Assembly: GCA_002269645.1 (NCBI GenBank)
Contig: NIVC01000013.1
Location: forward strand, 62,001 to 126,000
Direction: 5' to 3'
DNA from: Macrostomum lignano
Lineage: Eukaryota
Length of the DNA stretch: 64,000 bases
The position numbers were made by a program, and so were the translations under genes. Of this stretch, positions 60,775 through 64,000 are shown piece after piece (within the stretch, counting starts at the first letter, position 1; each line of letters opens with the position of its first letter). Below the pieces are notes generated by a model. The model worked only from the letters and a program-made list of their open reading frames with translations, was not told where the DNA came from and ran no database searches.

Positions 60775-61190
60775 GGTAGGAAGAGATAAGGGGAGGTAGA
60801 GAGTGGTAGGATAGAAAGACGTAGAGAAAGTGAGAGAGAGATAGAGAGAGGTGGAGAGAGGTGGAGAGAGGTAGATAAAGGTGAAGAGAGGTAGAGAGAG
60901 ATAGAGAGAGGTGAAGAGAAGTAGACAAAGGTAGAGAGAGACAGAGAGAAGTAGAGAGAGACAGAGAGAGGTAGAGAGAGATAGAGACAAGTAGAGAGAG
61001 ACAGAGAGAGGTAGAGAGAGACAGAGAGAGGTAGATAGAGGTGGAGAGAGGTAGAGAGAGATAGATAAAGGTAGAGAGAGGTTAAGAGAAGTAGAGGGAG
61101 GTAGAGAGAGACAGAGAGAAGTAGAGAAATAGAGAGAGGTAGAGAGGTAGAGACAGTTAGGTAAGGAGAAGTAGGTAGAGTTAGAGAGAG
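60775..61190. repeat. GA-rich 10/20-bp simple repeat (GTAGAGAGAG/ACAGAGAGAG)
   Basis: Read directly. Confidence 0.9.
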
Positions 61191-61494
61191 GCTGAATTGT
61201 GCTCGAATGTCTGACACATTTCGCAGACTGAATCTCCAATGTGACAATCAGCTTAAAATAATCACCGCCTTATTGCGGAACACGAAATCTAAAGATTACG
61301 CTTTGCTTTTTGCTACGGTGCACAAGACTGAGAAGATTATGCTATTTCTTGGAAAACACAATTTCCTATTTAAAGGAAATACATGTAGATTTTTGCTGCG
61401 GATATTAACTCATGAAGATACCTTAGCGCTAAGAGGATTTGTTGGTTTAGCACGCTCGTGCCTGCAAGCTAGTGGTAGATTTTTCTATCGCTTG

Positions 61495-61504
61495 ATCTAT
61501 CTAC

Positions 61505-61601
<97 letters not shown>

Positions 61602-61615
61602 AATCTATCGATCTG

Positions 61616-61657
<42 letters not shown>

Positions 61658-61658
61658 C

Positions 61659-61729
<71 letters not shown>

Positions 61730-61763
61730 CATCTATCTATCTATCTATCTATCTATCGATCTG

Positions 61764-61798
<35 letters not shown>

Positions 61799-61799
61799 G

Positions 61800-61873
<74 letters not shown>

Positions 61874-61874
61874 C

Positions 61875-61909
<35 letters not shown>

Positions 61910-61943
61910 CATCTATCTATCTATCTATCTATTTATCTGTCTG

Positions 61944-62002
<59 letters not shown>

Positions 62003-62005
62003 ATC
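61495..62005. repeat. (CTAT)n microsatellite
   Basis: Read directly. Confidence 0.97.
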
Positions 62006-62959
62006 TATTGTCCTCATATTCACACTCTCTCGGATAATCTGCATTTGTTAGCCTCCGGGTGCGGAGAGAACACTGGGAGCTGTCCCTCAGCCCCGCACAT
62101 CAAGGCGATCAGTCTAATCCCTCAAAGCCACCAGTCGATGCCGCACTCACCAGCCCGAGAAGACACTCGGGGAGTATCCTGTTTCTCATGCATACGAACG
62201 TACAGAGATCTGCGTTAGTAATCTACTGAGGCTAAGTCCTACTACCCTAATCTGTGGGCGGATTTCTAAAATGCATAATAATAAAAAACAACGACGACAA
62301 AAAGCCTTCAGGGGTGATAGACTAGGCTAACATTATCCACAATCCCTAGTTATTAAAATCCTTAATACTTCATGCCGTCACACATGCAATAAATCTATAC
62401 CTTAATGCCTATACTACAAACTAAACATTGAAGGCGCAAAATAGGCATTGGGGTAGAGATAGATACAGGGATAGGCTACATGTAGGCCAAGTAAACATGA
62501 GAGTTACTACTGGTGCTGTTACGTAATAACCAGAGAAGCCGTGTGTACAGCATAGCCCCGTGTCAGGGCGTGGCGACATGCCAGATGACGTCCAGCGCCT
62601 CTTTTGTTTCCCGCTCTCCTAGTTCCCTCTCTTTTCTCTCGCTTTTTAAAAAAATCCTGCAACACTCTCTGTCTCTTCTAAAAGCACTCAACAAGAAGCT
62701 ACGAGATCTATGCGCACAATAGCAGTCAGTATCTCATTAATTGTTGTGCCTGGCATGCACAGACAACAGCAATTACCTTGCTAATCTGTCTGGTTATCGA
62801 TTTTTATGTCAGCTACTTTTATGGAGTTCTCTTGCTGTAAAGTGTAAAAAATAAAAAAAAAGATTTTACATGGGAATACTCTGTTAGATTTAATGGGGAT
62901 GCGTCAGATTATGAGAATAAGATCAGTAAGAACTGATCTGGAATTTTTCGCGGTAGTTT

Positions 62960-63705
62960 TCTACATGGGTGTGGGATCATCTAGCTTGGTGTGGGATCAT
63001 CTAGCTTGGTGTGGGATCATCTAGCTTGGTGTGGGATCATCTACATGGGTGTGGGATCATCTAGCTTGGTGTGGGATCATCTAGCTTGGGGTGGGATCAT
63101 CTAGCTTGGTGTGGGATCATCTAGCTTGGTGTGGGATCATCTAGCTTGGTGTGGGATCATCTACATGGGTGTTGGATCATCTAGTTTGGTGTGGGATCAT
63201 CTACATGGGTGTGGGATCATCTAGCTTGGTGTGGGATCATCTAGCTTGGTGTGGGATCATCTACATGGGTGTTGGATCATCTAGTTTGGTGTGGGATCAT
63301 CTACATGGGTGTGGGATCATCTAGTTTGGTGTGGGATCATCTAGCTTGGTGTGGGAGCATCTACATGGGTGTGGGACCATCTACATGGGTGTGGGATCAT
63401 CTAGCTTGGTGTGGGATCATCTAGCTTGGTGTGGGATCATCTACATGGGTGTTGGATCATCTAGTTTGGTGTGGGATCATCTACATGGGTGTGGGATCAT
63501 CTAGTTTGGTGTGGGATCATCTAGCTTGGTGTGAGACCATCTACATGGGTGTGGGACCATCTACATGGGTGTGGGACCATCTACATGGGTGTGGGATCAT
63601 CTATCTTAGTGTGTGATCATCTAGCTTGGTGTGTGATCATCTGCATGGGTGTGGGATCATCTAAATGGGTGTGGGATCATCTAGCTTGGTGTGGGATCAT
63701 CTAAG
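62960..63705. repeat. 20-bp minisatellite ATCTAGCTTGGTGTGGGATC / ATCTACATGGGTGTGGGATC
   Basis: Tandem repeats read directly. Confidence 0.95.
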
Positions 63706-64000
63706 CTATTTTTAAAAAAAATCTTAGTTGAAAAAATCTTGTGCAGCAAAATTCAAGTATTTTCTTAAAAAAATTAGTGCGTTTATTTTATTTGAAACAC
63801 ATTTCCCGCGAATACTCGTAGTATAAGTAAAATACTTTATAAACAGTTTAAAGTCAATTCGCCTTGTGCAAAAGGTTCCGCAAGATGTTATTAATCTTCC
63901 CATAACCTCTTCCCACTTTCGAAGAATTCGCACAGTCAGAATCTGAGGGTCAGTATTGGCGAAAGAACAACAAGGCAACTGAAAGAGAGGCCAAGCAAGC

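Noticed and set aside
62383-62394. Minus-strand ATTTATTGCATG resembling a flatworm SL 3' end (possible SL RNA gene)
   Set aside because: Not followed by a GT donor, no SL-like 5' part or Sm site, and no downstream ORF; likely chance in AT-rich DNA.
61207-63978. ORFs 61207-62037, 62513-62722 and 63724-63978 as further CUB-gene exons or new genes
   Set aside because: No recognisable motif, largely microsatellite-derived, and no phase-2 acceptor giving a CUB-like continuation.

Overview
Eukaryotic (animal) genomic DNA with two very different domains. (1) About 2.0-45.7 kb holds eleven conserved housekeeping genes, all on the minus strand. In transcription order they are PCYT1, PITHD1, GEMIN8, DCPS, RPL37A, RPL36A, SREK1/SRSF11-like, PEX12, MED10, NUB1, UPF2. 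I reconstructed the exons by hand; splice phases join into full-length open frames. Only the first gene has a TATA-like element. Most downstream genes are preceded by a pyrimidine-rich 3' splice acceptor plus a 4-44 nt micro-exon, 65-215 nt after the previous stop codon, which looks like a spliced-leader (SL)-resolved operon. Nearly every long intron, including those in the apparent intergenic gaps, is filled by its own tandem minisatellite, and intron lengths cluster near multiples of about 92 nt. (2) About 45.8-55.4 kb is an AT-rich, CpG-depleted block of DNA-transposon remnants (hAT MITE, Sola-like elements with 4-bp TSDs, hairpin MITEs). It shows a direct CpG-to-TpG/CpA decay signature, while the genes stay CpG-rich. 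Beyond it is a divergent + strand gene encoding a signal peptide and CUB domain, whose downstream (probably intronic) DNA carries a foldback-like element and microsatellites. A terminal exon of another + strand gene lies at 191-450. The overall style suggests a free-living flatworm such as Macrostomum; this is inference only. No prokaryotic features and no CRISPR array.
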